The position numbers and the translations under genes were made by a program. Source: Chloropicon primus (Eukaryota). From it: DNA of 64,000 nt. This document shows, one piece after another, positions 62,851 through 64,000 of this stretch. The notes under the pieces were generated by a model, which saw only the letters and a list, made by a program, of their open reading frames with translations, had not been told where the DNA came from and did no database searches. The stretch is taken from assembly GCA_023205875.1 (NCBI GenBank), contig CP060759.1, positions 806,001 to 870,000 of the forward strand, written 5' to 3'. How positions within the stretch are numbered: the first letter of the stretch is position 1; every line of letters begins with the position of its first letter.

Positions 62851-63198
62851 CTTTTGTTTTTTTGTACTTTTGTTTGTAAGCATATGATTTGTTTTTTTTT
62901 CGTGTCTTTCTTCGTTCTTGCTGAGGATTGCCTCGTGGCACTGGCGCTCCCCTCCTTTCCCGAGGAGGAGGAGGAGTTTTCCTTTTCCATGTCCCCCCCC
63001 TTTCGTCTCCACTTCTGTCTCCGCCCCAGCCAAGATCTGGAGCCCCAAGGTCCCCAGTCTGTGGTCCCACAAAGGATTGGGCGGCCAAGTTCGAGTCTTT
63101 CCCCTCGTTCGACCCAAGGGGGCACCTTGCTTTGGCTTGCATTGGGGGGACTTTGCAAACTCGCCTTGCGCCTAACACAGCCCGCCTGTTCAGGAACG

Positions 63199-64000
63199 AT
63201 GCCCTTGTTGAACAACTTTAGAAAGAAGTCGAGACCCGCGGTCCACTCAGGTCTACTGGTACGTGAAAGGGACACACTCCTCGCTGCGAGTTCCTTGGTC
63301 ACCTTTCTAGGCCCGAGTCTTTCTGACACGGTTCTCTTTCTCTGCACCTTTCTTGTGGCCTGACCTCTCTGCGCCCCACGCCCACGCAACAGGGCAGCGA
63401 AAGCCCCAGCAGTGCTTCGGCAGATGTCTTTTCGCCTCCACCTCCACCCGTGAGAGCGGAGAGTCCACCGACGACAGAGCACCACGTCTCGGGACCGGCT
63501 TCCACGGACTCTTACCTGCAGTTAGGAAACCACGTGAGGGCACTGGTAAGTCGCTGTCGCACTGGCCCTGCAGCCCGAAGAGGCTTTTTGTTCTTGGGCC
63601 CCGTGCAATGTGGAGACAGACTTTCCACCACGTTGTTCACGGCCCTGCTGCTGGGTGTTCCCTGCTGACTGAGCGCGAACTTGTTTGTTGACTCTTTCTG
63701 TCCAGGTTCGGGAGGCCACGAGGAAAAAGCTCAAGGACGTGGACCATGACGCGAGCACGCGAGTGGTCAATTTCGTTAAGCACAACCAATGCCCCGTCGT
63801 CCTGGAGGAGATGGCAAAAATTTTGTGCGAGAAGCTGAGCTCCAACTGGGCCAACAAGCAGTGGCTAGCGGTCAAACTCACGGATAGACTGTACTCGTCC
63901 GACGCCAAAAACTTTGACGGCACGCAAGACATGGTGGTGCAGGAGCTCACCATGTTGTTCCAGAAGCACACGCAGCTGCACCATCCGACGAGCGACAAGT
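63199..64000 (+). CDS. VHS/ENTH-like domain protein, partial; exons 63199-63258, 63393-63545, 63706->64000
   Basis: Phase-0 GT-AG introns join MPLLNNFRKK...; VREATRKKLKDVD...KILCEKL...KQWLAVKLTDRL resembles VHS helices. Confidence 0.6.

Overview
Gene-dense, GC-rich eukaryotic nuclear DNA from a compact green-algal genome. It has short intergenic spaces, few short GT-AG introns and many nucleus-encoded plastid proteins. The style suggests a Chloropicon-like picoalga; that is an inference, not a proof. About 38 protein-coding genes can be read. They include an AlkB-type alkane hydroxylase, a ZIP transporter, a nucleoside hydrolase, DNAAF5/HEATR2, HOP2, THOC7, plastid rps10, thermospermine synthase, VTC4, VTC1, SQD2, a P5A ATPase, glyoxalase II, an ABCA transporter, the primase large subunit, a GlpX-like protein, argininosuccinate synthase, tandem ML/NPC2 genes, a GH5 mannanase and cpSecY. 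Five observations stand out. (1) A structured non-coding interval of about 770 bp (16013-16785) contains CCTAAAAACCTAAAAACC inside base-paired arms and is a candidate telomerase RNA gene. (2) VTC4 and VTC1 (polyphosphate polymerase subunits) sit head-to-head and their leaders share a near-identical 121-bp element, directly followed by the sulfolipid synthase SQD2. (3) A bacterial-type GlpX has lost catalytic carboxylates. (4) A recent ~1.1 kb tandem duplication has a readable breakpoint. (5) A meiosis gene and a dynein-assembly gene are divergently paired. All calls come from manual reading and motif recognition; no searches were run.
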